This document shows positions 25,663 to 38,453 of a stretch of 64,000 nt of DNA, piece after piece (position 1 is the first letter of the stretch; the number at the start of each line of letters is the position of its first letter). Made by a program: the position numbers and the translations under genes. The DNA is taken from assembly GCA_965112155.1 (NCBI GenBank), contig OZ218103.1. One strand, written 5' to 3'. The notes beneath the pieces were generated by a model. The model was not told the origin of the DNA, ran no database searches, and was given only the letters and a program-made list of their open reading frames with translations. This DNA comes from Podarcis liolepis (taxonomy: Eukaryota).

Positions 25663-25832
25663 CGTAGTGTGGTATAGCGGTCAGAGTAGAACCTAGGAAC
25701 GCACGCCCATGAAGCTCACTGGGTGACCTTCAACCAATCACTGTATCAGTCTAACCTACCTCACAGGGTGGTCATGAGGATAAAACGGGGATTGGGAGAA
25801 CCAGGTATGTCACCTCAAGCTCCTTGGTGGAA
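25663..25832 (+). mobile_element. Ther1/MIR-like CORE SINE, diverged
   Basis: GTGTGGTATAGCGG...CTCACTGGGTGACCTT...CCTACCTCACAGGGTGG...GAGGATAAAA. Confidence 0.7.
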
Positions 25833-25882
25833 TATTAATGTTTCCAATTTTGAAACCAAAACCAAACTTGTAATCTGAATGG

Positions 25883-26085
25883 TTAGAACATCCAAGCCCA
25901 GTTAGATCAGCCCAAAGGCCCTATGAGGCCCAGCATCCTGTTCTTACCAGCTGCCTATGTGAAGCCCACAACAAGCAGAACATGGATCACCATCCATGAT
26001 CACCAGCAGCTGATATTCAGAGGAATGATGCCTCCACTACTGCTAGTAACATAACCGTTGTGACTAGTAGGCATTGACTAGTAGT
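25883..26085 (-). mobile_element. CR1 LINE 3' end, diverged
   Basis: GATCAGCCCAAAGGCCC...CCCAGCATCCTGTTC...CAGCAGCTGATATTCAGAGG. Confidence 0.6.
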
Positions 26086-27141
26086 AGTCATGATTATGGA
26101 CAAAAGTTTAAAAGTGCATTAGCAGTGTCTGGTCATGACCTGGAAAGCAGGAGTGGTGGTGTGGAACCTAGATGCTGTTTCCAGCAAGGAAGGAGCATTA
26201 TATGGCTCTTTGTGTTCACACAACTTTTCTCAAGCTCAACAGCCCACTTCATCCTTAGTCATGCACAGATATAGCACTGCATTCTGAAGTCATCTACTTT
26301 TTCCTCCCTTTCTTTTGAGAAGCACCCAGGGAACTATTTCAAAACACTGTCATAAAATTTCAGATTCTGTGAAACACCAGTTTTTGCAAATAGACTGAGG
26401 TAGGACAAATGAATAAATGTGTGTGAAGTTTTATGAAGTATTTTGACCTCGGAATTTGCATTTTATGGCTACAGAATTTAGAACTCCTTACAGCAGAAAT
26501 CCAAGTCTCCTGCAAATAAATCTTCCAAAAAATAGAATAAAATTGATGCTATGCATACTTAGTTATCCTGACCTAGCTGTGGAAATCCATGCATGGGAGC
26601 AGGTTCCTGTATATATGCACAGACAGCAATAGTTTCAGACATGCATTTGGCATGTTCAGACAGATCCTGTTGAACTGCCTAGATGAGTCTTTTGATGTGA
26701 ATATACAATGACATCTTGGAACACTATTCATTGCACAACTAGAATTGAATGGATACCATTGCATTAAAGATGTGCTTGCTGTTGCCCCTGCCAATCAAAA
26801 GCTGGGGTAACAGCAGCAAATGTCAGCAATTCCTGTCATTTAATCTTGAAAGAAAGTAATGGCATTTTTAGCAGGCTTTCTCTCGCCTGCTACCATGATG
26901 GTAGCATTGGAGGCAGTAGCCAATAAATAACTTCAGTAAAGTCATGCTGGTTGCACCAGGAGGCCACCCAGAAATCTTAGGCTGCCGTTGCCCCGGTGGA
27001 TCAGCAGGTGGTGCTCTTGCTACAGTCAGGAGAGATCCAGAATGGTGCTGAAAAGGTGCTATGCACCCCGAGATCTTGACATCTCACATGCTTGCCTGCA
27101 GTTTTCAGACTACCTTCGGGGAACCTCTTCCACACTAAAGT

Positions 27142-27393
27142 CACAGAATCATAGAATCACAGAATCTTAGAGTTGGAAGGGACCCTGAGATCATCTAGCC
27201 CAACCCCCTGCAATGCAGGAATCTCAATTAAAACATCCACGGCAGATGGCCATCCAACCTCTGCTTAAAAAGCTCCAAGGAGGGAGAGTCCACCACCTCT
27301 CATGGAAGACCATTCCACTGTCAAGCAGCTCTTACAGTTAGAAAGTTCTTTCTGATGTTTAGTCGGAATGTCCTTTCTTGTAACTTGAATCCA
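27142..27393 (-). mobile_element. CR1 LINE 3' end with (ATTCTRTG)n tail
   Basis: CACAGAATCATAGAATCACAGAAT octamer tail followed by GTTGGAAGGGACC...CATCCAACCTCTGCTTAAA...GAAAGTTCTTTCTGATGTT. Confidence 0.88.
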
Positions 27394-27549
27394 TCCATCC
27401 ACCTTGTCTGTCAAGGAACTCTTTCACATCTGCGATGGACCACAGCTGCAGTAAGTTCTGGCCTGTGTTCCAAGACAGGCACTCACAGGACACTGGCAAG
27501 GTCTTCTGGACCCCACTACTGCCCCACATAAATTGAGAGCACATTATAG

Positions 27550-27682
27550 CAGCCTTTCCCAACTCTGGGCCTTCAAATCTTGTTCAACTACAACTCCCAT
27601 CATTCCTAGCCAGCAGGGCCAGTGGTCAGGGATGATGGGAGTTGTAGTCCAACATCTGGGGACTCAAGGTCAGGAAAGGCTG
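27550..27682. mobile_element. hAT MITE
   Basis: TIRs CAGCCTTTCC / GGAAAGGCTG with internal palindrome CTACAACTCCCATCAT...ATGATGGGAGTTGTAG. Confidence 0.8.
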
Positions 27683-30583
27683 CTCTAGAGAACATAGCCG
27701 ATGCTTCCCTGCAGGGGAAGATGCTTAATAGTAAACAAGCTGTATTATAGGGGAGCTTGTCCACCAGGACTCATGTTCTCCTTGAGGAACTCCTGCTGTG
27801 CTTCTGAGGAACTTAATGTGAATTGACTGCTTCTCAGCAAGTTGAGTGAAAAGTAAGTTGTGCACCCTGTGAGTTTAAGAGCTGAGCAGGGATTTGAACT
27901 GGGGTCTCCCCACCTTCAAGCTACTGTATTACCCCACCCTTCTCTGGAGGGCATGGTACTTGCATGGGTTGCTTAATGTGAAAAACCAGCCCAGCTGGAA
28001 TCAATGAGTTCACATGCTATATGCACATTTCACACATACAAATTCAAAAAGCAGCTGGAAGGACCTTTGCACCCCACTTTATCGTAACGTGAATGAGGGC
28101 AAAAGGATACATTGCCCAAGAGAGCATGCTATATGAAACAGATCCCAGAACCAGGACCTTGCTAAGGCTTGTGCTTAATGCATTCACTGTTGCTTGCAAA
28201 CAAGCAATTGCCCCTTTATCCTTTCTACATGTGCTGGTGCTGTGGGGCAGCTCATCAGGTAAACCAGCAAGGCTCCACCTAACACATGGAGCACAGGCAG
28301 ATTGCTGTTGGACTGGCGCTGCAGAAACAACAACACCCCAAATAAAGCTTTATTCCCCCTCTCAAGTCCCCCCTCCCCATTTCTTTTCACAGTCAAGGGT
28401 CTGCCCCCACCTTATCTTTTTGGCTCTGCAGCTGCCTAGCCCCATTCCAGAGCCAGCTCCATTTCAGTGCTGCCTTGTCCGAGAGCCGTCTCTGCTCTAA
28501 TGCAAACCATCCATCTCCATTCCAATTAGACATTACAGGGGAGTCACACGAGACACTCCTATCGGCAGCAGCATCTCAGCTCAAGCAGCTCTGCAGAGCT
28601 GGGGAATTAGGTAACCAGGCAACAGAGGAAGATGCAGCACCGCGGTGACACAGAGTTAAACCCAGCAGCACAAGGCAGTATGAAGCCCAGTACGCTGACC
28701 CCCCAGCATGTGCCCAACATATAGCAGCCCAGGCAAACGCTTTCGCTGGGCCTGCAGCAACTAAGCTTTCCTGCACCTGGTTCAGGACAACATGCCTGCA
28801 ACTACCTTCCTTCCCCTTGCTGCACACATGAACACACACATGAACACATATGATAAGTCTTAGCACCAGAACCCAGAACTTAACCCTGCAACATGCAGCA
28901 CTTTTAGACATATGCAACAGCAAGGAGGTTGACAGGACTACAGACAGAAGAGGTGGGAGAAATTACTGTGCCTGCCCTCTTTCTGGGGGGGGGGGTACAC
29001 GTGTGTCCAGTTAATGACTCAGGAGTCACACCAGGGGGGAAAGTGCCAACATCAGTCTTGCCTACAGATAACTGCCTACATCCCCATAGTTTGAGGATGC
29101 TTCTTGCCCTTAAACCTCAGCAGCTCTTGTGTGCTTTATCATGCCTGTAAAATCTCTGCGAAGTGACGAGCGAATTACGTGGGCAGATACATAATACATA
29201 CAGAGTAGTCTTGCAGTAACCTCTGATTTCTTACATTTAAGGCAGTAGCTTTAGTGCACTTGCTGGCAATACGTGGACCAGTGTTCTGACTCAGATGATA
29301 GAACTCTGGCACTAGTGGCTCTGAGCCCCATGAACACAGGGCAAAGAGCAGCGGAAGTGGGGCAAGGGCAAAAGGAACAGTCCACATGGTCCTCAATGGA
29401 TGAGAAAGCCTTCTACTGCTGCATGCCAGGGGCCATAACTGCACGTCACTCAGCATACACAAAAAGTCAAGTATCATTTTGAATGTGAACATGCAAATTA
29501 AGATGTTCCTTTCGCTAAACAAAAATAAAACAAATCCTGAATGGGGGAAAGAGGAAGGCAGCCTCCAGCGAGGCACATGGATCGTTCTTGCCGCTCCCCA
29601 GGCCTTTCTATAGCGGCGATGCTATGGGCTGACTCCCCACCACCACCACCTGCTTTCATTCAACTCCAATTTGTGCTAATTATTGCCTGCTCTTCTCCCC
29701 TCAGGGGGCTGGATGAGAGGATAAACACAGCCATGCAGGCGGGAATTAACTGCCACACACACATACCCCCCCTCTCCCACCAGCCTCCGCCACCTAATTG
29801 CATTCGGCTTGTGCACAAGGAAGGCCTACCTTGCCAGGGTCACCCTTGCAGTAGCAATCGAAGAGGGGGCTGCCAGTGGCAGGTGGAAATCTACGCCCAC
29901 CCACCCCAAGAGGCTTGGTTTCTGAGGCCGGCTCCAGGACAAGTGCAGGTTTTATACAAACAAGCTTCTGCAACAACATTCCATGCTAATGAGAACAATG
30001 AGAAATACATCGCTGCTGCTCTCTGTGTCAGAGTGGTTTACAATCATTTCTAGACACATGCCACTCTCTCCACCCCTATATGCATAGGCATAAAAATACT
30101 CACAGCACTGTGTGTCAATAGTATTAAATGAAGGGGAGCGCGGTGGGGTGGGAGATAGCTTTGAATATGAAATCACACGGAGGAGCCAATGTGCCTCTGC
30201 ATCACAACGACCCCAGATTTTAGAGGATCCATTACAACAGGCACTGCTCAAATTGTTCAGATGGACTGATGATTCTGCCATTATCATAATGCATGAATCG
30301 GTCTAAAGGGTTGCAAAAGCTGCAGTCCTACACGTATTCAACTCAATGGGGCATGCTTCCAACTAAGGAGGAGGCTGTGAGTTTTTAGCCCTGTTCATGG
30401 GTTCTACTCACAATTAAGCTGTACACACAAGCAGGAAGCAGGACTGTGCTGAGAACAGACTGCCCCAATAGGGCTTCCACCACAGCTCAATCATATGCAA
30501 GCTTACTCAGCAATAAAATCCATTTTGCTCAATGGGGCTTAATACCAAGTTCAGTCAGGTCAGCAGTCTCAGCTATATGCTTC

Positions 30584-30775
30584 TAGGAATATAGGAAGCT
30601 GCCTTATGCCAGCTCAGGCCCATCTGGCGCAGTATTGTCAACACTGACTGGCAGCAGTTCTCTGGGATTTCAGACAGGGTTCTATCCTCAGTCCTACCTG
30701 GAGAGGTCAGGGAATGAACCTGGGATCTTCTGCACACAAACCAGGTACCTTAGCACTGAGCTACAGCCCTTCCCC
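30584..30775 (-). mobile_element. tRNA/CR1-tail SINE
   Basis: TAGGAAGCTGCCTTAT...GAACCTGGGATCTTCTGCA...CACTGAGCTACAGCCCTTCCCC. Confidence 0.8.
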
Positions 30776-33584
30776 AAAGGCCCTGCTGGGGACCCCATCC
30801 CTCCAGCTGTTCTTTGCCCCCAACACCACCAGAGTCCATTACATATAGGACATATTGGTCCCTGACATTAAGACCTGTGAGGTCCCCCAAAGGTACTCAC
30901 AATGTATTCCAGTCAAATGGCGTGCAGGATTTGAGACAGACTTCTGGGAGGCAGCAGAGCTTCTTTCCTCAGTGAGTTTGTCTTGTTAGAGACAGGAAAG
31001 GATTTGCAGCTTTCTCACACAGCATGGAACTCTTCTAGGAAGGCCTCGAGAAGAGAAGACAAGCTCCACCTTGCTCCCAATCAAGACAACCTGCACTTCA
31101 CTGCAACACCACAATAATGCTTATCACACAGCTGGGGCATCATTCCATTCCTGTTTGCTTTCACAGCTGTAACTTGGAGGAGAGAGTTGACCATGTTTCT
31201 TCAGGCATAGCTATCAGGCGTTTAACTACTGCTGGACCAGCAGAAATCTAGCTGGTGACATTTTCTTCAGCATTTTATTTCCACAGCTGCTAAAAAACAA
31301 CTGCTGGCTAAAATTCTGCTTGTAACTTAGTTGTTAAAGGCACAAGAACTCCACCAGGGGGAAAAAAAATAAATGTTGACAGTCCTATTTGCAATGGGCT
31401 ATTATTTCTGGTCCCTCAGAAGCTGAAGGCTCTACATTATTTCAGATTTGGGTTGGGTTTTTTTGTTCTTTCTTTTTTGCAATCACTCCTGCTCAGAGGT
31501 TGGGGCGGGTGGGTGGCAGCTTGGAAGCTGCTGGCCAAGTGTTACTGCCCCTCAGCTGCTATCATCAAGCTTTTACTTGAGTAGGAATCTGTCCCTATAT
31601 TATTATGCAGGGTTGCCTAACATGGCTTGCATCAACACAGAGCAGGGTCAGGCAATTGCCAAGAGCCCACAAACACTGGAAAAGACAGTGATCTCTAATC
31701 CACCTTCCCTGCTGTTCTCCCATCGCTTTTGAAAAGAGTAGTGTAGTTTAAGCAGAGGCACCAACCTGTGAGGGAGATTGGGGAGGCCGATGCCGTGTCA
31801 GGACATCGCATCAGGGCAGAGGAGCCACAAACAGGGCAGCAGCACAGCTTCAATGGCTGGAGGCTCCTCCTCCTCCTTTGCCTGCCGCTGCTGCTGGCCA
31901 GCGACTGCTTCCTCCCTCCTTCCCCTCCATAGCAGGAAGAGGAGCTAACCACTGAAGCTGTGCTGTTGCCACGTGTTCTTGGCTCCTCTAACCTAACACA
32001 ACTCTTTTTGAACATGGAGGGCCCAAAAGAGTTTGGTCTCCTAGGAGTTGGTGCTCCTGATTTTAAGGAACTCAATGGGCAGAATACACTTGGGCATGGA
32101 AGGTATCTTATCATGTGTGTGCATGTGCATGTAGCAGAGACACACATACACACCCAAAAGATCTCCTTTGAGAGTCCCTCAAAGACCTGGGTTCCCTGGC
32201 AGGTATGGAGTTCAATTTAAGGCTTTGTCCCTAACCCCATTTACCTGGGAATAAGCCCCACTGAATTCAGTAAGACTAACCTCTGAGCAGACATGGTTAG
32301 AATTCCTCTGTGTATCATTCTATCAAAAGGAGAAAGCAATGTCTGTCATCCCGTTGTCCTTACCAGAGAGGCCGAAGGAGAAAATTATGCATCCTACAGA
32401 GAACAGTCCTCTGTTTGAGGGCCTGTCTGGTCCAAGTCTGTATACATATACAGTACACAAACAGTACACAAGTAGCTGAAAACACACCTAGGTCATTGTT
32501 TTTCACAGTTCAGATAGGTTGGGGGGGTGTTCAAAATACAGAATTTTATAAGAAATGACAGGATAGATAAATGATAGGTGAGGATTGTGGCTAGTGTTGT
32601 GTATACACTAATTTCCAAGCCAGTAATGGAAGCACACTGGATGCAAAATAAACAGGAATGTATACACAGCCTAAGTTTGGTTTAGAAATAAAGAACCACA
32701 AGAAGGGAGAGGTGTGGCCTTGAAATTGACCATTCACCTGAACAGCAGGCACATACGTGAGCTGGTCACAATATTCATGACTGTGGTAAGAGATAAAGGT
32801 AAAGAGATATTGTATCTCTATTTAAATTATAGCAATTTCTTCTAAATTTGCTTCTAAAAATCTCTTAAAAGATCTGTTGCTTCTAATTGCTTCTAAATTA
32901 GGGTAATTGCTTCTAAATTTGCACACGCACACACACACTTGCAAATTTTATGCAGATCTGTGTCTTCTTCAGTCCTCTTTCTTGGGGAATGCATTTCCCC
33001 TTTCTAGCAATGTCTAAGTGGCCATCCTGGAAGGGGGGCATTGGGATGAACTCTCAGGCCTTCAAGTATCAGTAAACCGAAGCACTGAATTTGCAGCCAT
33101 TTATAATGGGATAGAATGTTCACCCTTCTGCTTGATTCATGAGAACATCTTAGGTCAGCTGTCAGGATTTATCACTGTGAACAGGCTGGCAGGAGGGTGC
33201 TGGCAATCTTCCTATAATGCCAGCCAGGGGTTGTGCAGAGCCAGAATCTCCATCTTCAGTCACTGTGAAGCATTTTTAGTATAAATTTCACAGTAAAGGT
33301 GCAGGGGCAGCTGGGTCCAGCCACTACTCTCCTGGGTCAGTGCAAGTCATGTAGCAGTTTTTTGCCCACTGTGACTAATAGTCACCTTCCCCCCCCCCCC
33401 GGCCCTGCTCTTTGCTCTTTTAACTGCTGCAGACTGTCATACACATTGCTGATGAAGCTTTTCTCACTATCTCCATACCAAGAAAGCTTCACCTCCCAAA
33501 TCCCTTTGCATTGGGCTGCTCTTAAAATGCATAGGAACAGGGCCAAATAAAATATGGCAACCCAAGTCATGAGGCCAGTAAATA

Positions 33585-33935
33585 TAATAATAATAATGAT
33601 AATGATGATGATGATGATGATTAATACCCCACCCATCTGGCTGGGCTTCCCCAGCCACTCTGGGCAGCTTCCAACAAAATATTAAAATGCTGTAATATAT
33701 CAAACATTAAAAGCTTCCCTAAACAGGGCTGCCTTCAGATGTCTTCTAAAAATCTGGTAGTTGTTCTCTTTGACATCTGGTGGGAGGGTGTTCCACAGGG
33801 CGGATGCCACTACCGAGAAGGCCCTCTGCTGGTTCCCTGTAACTTGGCTTCTTGCAGTGAGGGAACCGCCAGAAGGCCCTCGGCGCTGGACCTCAGTGTC
33901 CGGGTAGAACGATGGGGGTGGAGACGCTCCTTCAG
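33585..33935 (-). mobile_element. Young 5'-truncated L2 3' end, same family as 22279-23015
   Basis: Nearly identical to 22335-22650; ORF RAFSVVASALWNTLP...FRRHLKAALFREAF. Confidence 0.92.
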
Positions 33936-34784
33936 ATAAAGCGAGGATGCTCATCCACCATTATAACAACATGATTCTCAGTCTTTCCAAGGGCCTGTTT
34001 GTGCTCGCCTATCTGCTGCGGAAATCATCCAATGGGATACTACATTTCAGGGCCACAAAAAGAAAGGCTGAGCCCAGTGGATCTGTGATGCTAGAGGCGT
34101 AATCAGCTGTCTCTTCCCTATGAAAAAACAGCAGCAGTGCATCTGAGTTAGCCTTAACACACAACAAAAATCTCTGCAAAAATACATCTGCTACAGCAGA
34201 ACTGAGTGACCAGATGCCAAAGGCAAGCCCTTCTCCTGCTTTATTCTGCCTGAATCAGCCCTGGGTGGCTGGACATAGAACAATCCTTTGCTACAATTAC
34301 TGTCTTCCCCCAGACTGCAGGAAAAGCTGCAATTGAGAGGTTGATGCTGCAGGCTCCTTCCAGAGCTATCTTGGGAGCTCATGCACAGGTTTTACTGCCC
34401 TGATATTTCTTGTAGAGCGAAATCTATCTATAAATCTGCCACTTCCCCCTCATTGGTCTCTTTGCGTGCTAGCCTGCTGGGTCAGGAAGTACTAATAGCC
34501 AGTGTAATGTAGGCTGACACCACAGCCACCAGTGCAACAGCTCACCTCGCCGAAGAGTCTTCTCGGAGAGAGAGCAAGGGAAATGAGCACAGGCACTGAG
34601 GCAAGAACTACCCCACAGCTGACTCCTGCACAGTCCAGCCAGCAATATTACAGAAATACAGGGAGGGGGAAACTGCAGCCATGTCTGGAGAGAAATGTGG
34701 CAGTGATGAAACAAAGATAGGAGCACAGGAAACTCTCTCATCCCAGTACACACAATTTGCCCATCTCGTTCTGTCTTATTTACC

Positions 34785-34895
34785 CTGACTGGCAGCATCT
34801 TTCCAGGGTCACCCCAGTCAGATGATTATTTTAACCAGATATACCAGGGATTGGACCTAGGATTAAATAAAGTATGTGTCCCACCACTGAGCTAT
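34785..34895 (-). mobile_element. tRNA/CR1-tail SINE, partial
   Basis: GACTGGCAGCATCTTTCCAGGG...CCAGGGATTGGACCT...CCACTGAGCTATG. Confidence 0.55.
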
Positions 34896-35592
34896 GTTTC
34901 CTCAGGGTCAGTTGCCTGATGCTAAGAAAACTTTAGTAGTGCTGCCAACTTCAGTACTGTCTCCTGCTCCTATGCTTTTTTTTTTTTTTTACAACCGCTT
35001 GATCAGCCAGAAGAAATGTTTATCTCAAAGTCACAAAGCAGCTCCATTTGCTGATTCCTGCAAATCGAATAGCTGTAAAAGTCTGGGGATCAACCCAGAC
35101 TAGTTTTTATTCTAGTCAGTTGGCAACCTGTGCTGTGCTTAAAATAACTCTTGTTGATTTTAGAAATCTTTCATCTGGTAGAAACTAAAACACAAGGAAG
35201 TCTCAAAGCCACCATGGAACCAGAATGTCAGCTGGTTCTAAGACTTCCTTTTTTGTAATCATCGTCACCTCTTTAGATACCCATCAACAAAACAATGGCA
35301 CAGATGTGAGAATATCATCATCATCATCTTGCATAAACTCACTCACTCATAAGCTGGAATCCTGCAGATGCTTACACGGGACACAAAAAAAGTCTACTCA
35401 GGATTGCAGCATAAGAACTTTTCAAGATTTATTTATTATTAAAAAAATGAATTCTTGTCTAACTCTATCCTTGTGTCAGCTACAATCCAGGGGCGATAGC
35501 ATAATTCCCATTTCCAATGCAATGTATAATAGGAGAAGAAGCCTCATACTCACATCTTCCACTTTTGTTTAAATCAGCAGAACATTAAAAAA

Positions 35593-35787
35593 ACACATAG
35601 GAAGCTGCTTTATAATGAGTCAGGCCATTGGTCCATCCAGCTCAGTACTGTCAACTCTGACTGGCAGTGGCTTCCCAGGGTTTCAAGGAAGGAACACTCC
35701 CACCGCTACCTGGAGATGACAGGGATTGAACCTGGGACCTTCTGCAAGCAAAGCAGATGTTCTACCACTGAGCTACAGCCCTTCCCT
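35593..35787 (-). mobile_element. tRNA/CR1-tail SINE, near full length
   Basis: CATAGGAAGCTGC...GGGATTGAACCTGGGACCTTCTGCA...CTACCACTGAGCTACAGCCCTTCCC. Confidence 0.88.
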
Positions 35788-35939
35788 GCACAGGAGAGGA
35801 GAAACATGGAGCCTTTTTGAAAAGTACATCAAGAGGTTTAGAAGAAAAGGGTCACTGAATGGTGCGGGACTGCTCTTCTTGGCTGTTTAAATCATCATCA
35901 TCATCATCATCATCAGAGGGCTGCTGGAGCATTCCTGTA

Positions 35940-36181
35940 CAGTCATACCTCAGGTTACAGACGCTTCAGGTTGCATTTTTTCAGGTTACGGACTGCCGAA
36001 ACCCGGAAGTACCGGAACGGGTTACTTCCAGGTTTCAGCGGTTGAACATGTGCAGAAGCGCTAAATCACGCTTTGCACATGCACAGAAGTGCCAAATCGC
36101 AACCCGTGCATGCACATGCGCAGACGCATGTTGGGAATGTGCATCCCACATGGATCATGTTCGCAACCCGAGTGACCACTG
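35940..36181. mobile_element. Tc1/mariner (Tigger-like) MITE
   Basis: Imperfect TIRs CAGTCATACCTCAGGTT / AACCCGAGTGACCACTG, TA on both flanks, related to 20179-20436. Confidence 0.8.
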
Positions 36182-36237
36182 TACTTGATTAGTACGATCT
36201 AGGAAGAAGTCTTAAAAAGATAGCCAGAAACAGCTAG

Positions 36238-37000
36238 TGTAAGGGACGAGGAAGGGCATACCTTAGGCAACAGCATCTCTAGGAATGCTAGCCCCAAGGT
36301 GGAGAAGGGACAGCCATTGCCGAGGATGAAATAAATTGCTTCTCTGCTACTTGGTATCAAAGGGCAACATTGCTCCAAACCACCTAAAGGCTAATGGCTA
36401 AAGATGAAGAGCTGCCCTTTGCATTTATACAATGCCAAAGAGGAAGAAATACAGAAAGCTGCCTTATACTGAGTCAGCCCAGTGGTCCATCAAGCTTGAG
36501 ATTGTCACTACAATGACAAGCAGTGCCTCTCCAAGGCTTGAGACAGGAGTCTTTTCCAGCCCTACCTGGAGACTGAACGGCGGGGCTTCTGCATGGAAAG
36601 TAGATGCTCTACCACTAAGATATGGGCCTTCCTCAAAAAAGTGGTGATCTGAAGGAAGGGGCCCCTGTGTGAGGCAGGGTGAGCAGCTAAGAAAAAAAGA
36701 CAGGTCAGGAGAACCCCTAGAAGAGCACACAGGGGCAGGAGAGGCAGGAGAAGGGAATCTTTCTATCTAGCTAGCTGGAATGCTTGTGCAGATGGAACAA
36801 ATTGGAAGAGCGCAACATTGAATTCCACCCTGAGGTATTTATGCGGTGCTTTCATCTATACTGTACTTGGCTAGGTTATCTGTAAATAAATGCAAATACT
36901 TCAAAACACCAATAAGCCTCCAGTGTCCTAATCCAAAGGAAACCAAAGATGGATAATTGCTACCCCTGAAGAACCTCTCACTGTTTGGAGAACAGCAACA
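36238..37000 (+). mobile_element. Putative solo LTR (Gypsy-like) interrupted by a SINE
   Basis: TGT...ACA termini and TGTAAATAAA poly(A)-like signal near 36881; no clean TSD. Confidence 0.35.
36447..36632 (-). mobile_element. tRNA/CR1-tail SINE
   Basis: GAAAGCTGCCTTATACTGAGTCAG...TTCTGCATGGAAAGTAGATGCTCTACCACT. Confidence 0.8.
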
Positions 37001-37686
37001 GCATGTATTTGCCACTTTTCAAAACTCATCAACAAAGTGAGTAATGGTACCACTGATAATTGCCCCTGTCCTCCTTTGCATCAGGCTACCTAAACTGATG
37101 CTAAATTGGGGCAGTGCTATGGGGCAGTCCTGTGGCTTTAACAGCAGCCTCGGCTTTAGGAATTCAGCAGGTGAAGCTTTTCCCCCCACCACTTAGCTCC
37201 ATCCTAGGAAACGTACTCCACCATTCAGTCTTTTGATGTGAGGCTGCTGCTACTGGAATGAGGCCAGTAAAAGAGGTGGCAGAGTTACTCAAAAGAGAAA
37301 AAGAAACACTTCCAGATACCAGCATATTCTGGACTCTGTGCTGCTTGTGAATGCATGCTTTATGCTGCGTTCACATGATGTACTGTAATCCTCTTCCTCC
37401 CCATCAAAATGCTGTCCTATGTCATTTTCCACAGAAAATTAGGTCAATAAAAAACACATCATGGCAAGGCAAATCCTGATTAAATGGGCGGGGATTTGGG
37501 ATGGTATTTTGATGAGCATGACATCATATGAACACAGCAAAAAACTCTTCAGTGCACAAGAAACTGCCTTGTGGAAGTGCCCAAGGAGAGGCCAGGCGGC
37601 AGCAAGTGTACAAGGTGTATTCTTGCAGCCTTGGCACACCCAGACCCAGCACTTATAGGGCTCCCAAACAATCTTCCATTACTGGA

Positions 37687-38453
37687 TGTCAGGAGCTAGA
37701 GTCAAGTGTAGGTCAGCAATAAAAAATAATAAAAACCACAGTGTCAGTGCAGTTAACTCTTTATTTTAAGATAGCAAAACAGTGCAGGCCTAATGATCCC
37801 AGCAACTCTTCCCAGTAGGTTTTGCTCCAACGAGGCAGTTGTGAGGACTGAAGGTCCCTGCCTTTCCACCACCCTCAAAGGCAGGCTTCCTCAAACTCGG
37901 CCCTCCAGGTGTTTTGAGACTACAATTCCCATCATCCCTGACCACTGGTCCTGCTAGCTTGGGATCATGGGAGTTGTTGGCCAAAAACATCTGGAGGGCT
38001 GAGTTTGAGGAAGCCTGCTCTAAGGCTCTTCCTTTCCAGGGTTTTCCCCAAACAGTTGCAAACTGCATCTGTGCACAACCAATTTCTGCTCTGCTCTTTT
38101 CATTTCCCTGCGTGTTCTAGGAGACCGGGAAGAGGGAGCTGGTCGTGGCAGGAGGGGGAGACTCTCTGGATTCTTCAGCAGCCTGCCTCAACTCTCCCTC
38201 TTAGTCAACCTCCTCTCCAGCCTCGGAGTCTGAACGGGTCTCTGCCACAGCCTCTTCCTGCCCACTAAACCCTGTTACCTCTTCTGCTTCCGACACCTCC
38301 TCCTCCCAGTCTGCTCCTTTTTCTCCCTCTAACCACTCATCATTGTCCCACCACCAATCCTCTGGCTCTGAGCCTTCTTCGCCTAGGGGTTCCCTTGGGG
38401 GTTCCCCAGCTGCTGCCTCCCATCACTCCTTTGCATCCAGCCAGTCCATGGCA
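37687..38453 (-). mobile_element. Solo LTR (Gypsy-like, lizard) with nested hAT MITE
   Basis: TGTCA...TGGCA termini, minus-strand AATAAA near 37760, and a purine-rich 5' body on the minus strand recalled from lacertid LTR repeats; TSD not preserved. Confidence 0.6.
37882..38017. mobile_element. hAT MITE, young
   Basis: Long TIRs CAGGCTTCCTCAAACTC / GAGTTTGAGGAAGCCTG; 8-bp TSD CTCAAAGG / CTCTAAGG (7/8 match). Confidence 0.9.

Noticed and set aside
30895-31060. Minus-strand exon-like unit 31034 to 30901
   Set aside because: Stops in all three frames and a weak exonic donor context; no further support.
31351-31364. CCACCAGGGGGAAA partial CTCF motif
   Set aside because: Lacks the conserved 3' C(G/A)C of the core.
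31780-31930. Signal-peptide-like frame (WRLLLLLCLPLLLASDC)
   Set aside because: No in-frame ATG or acceptor, an immediate stop, and it derives from low-complexity CTC/CTG sequence.
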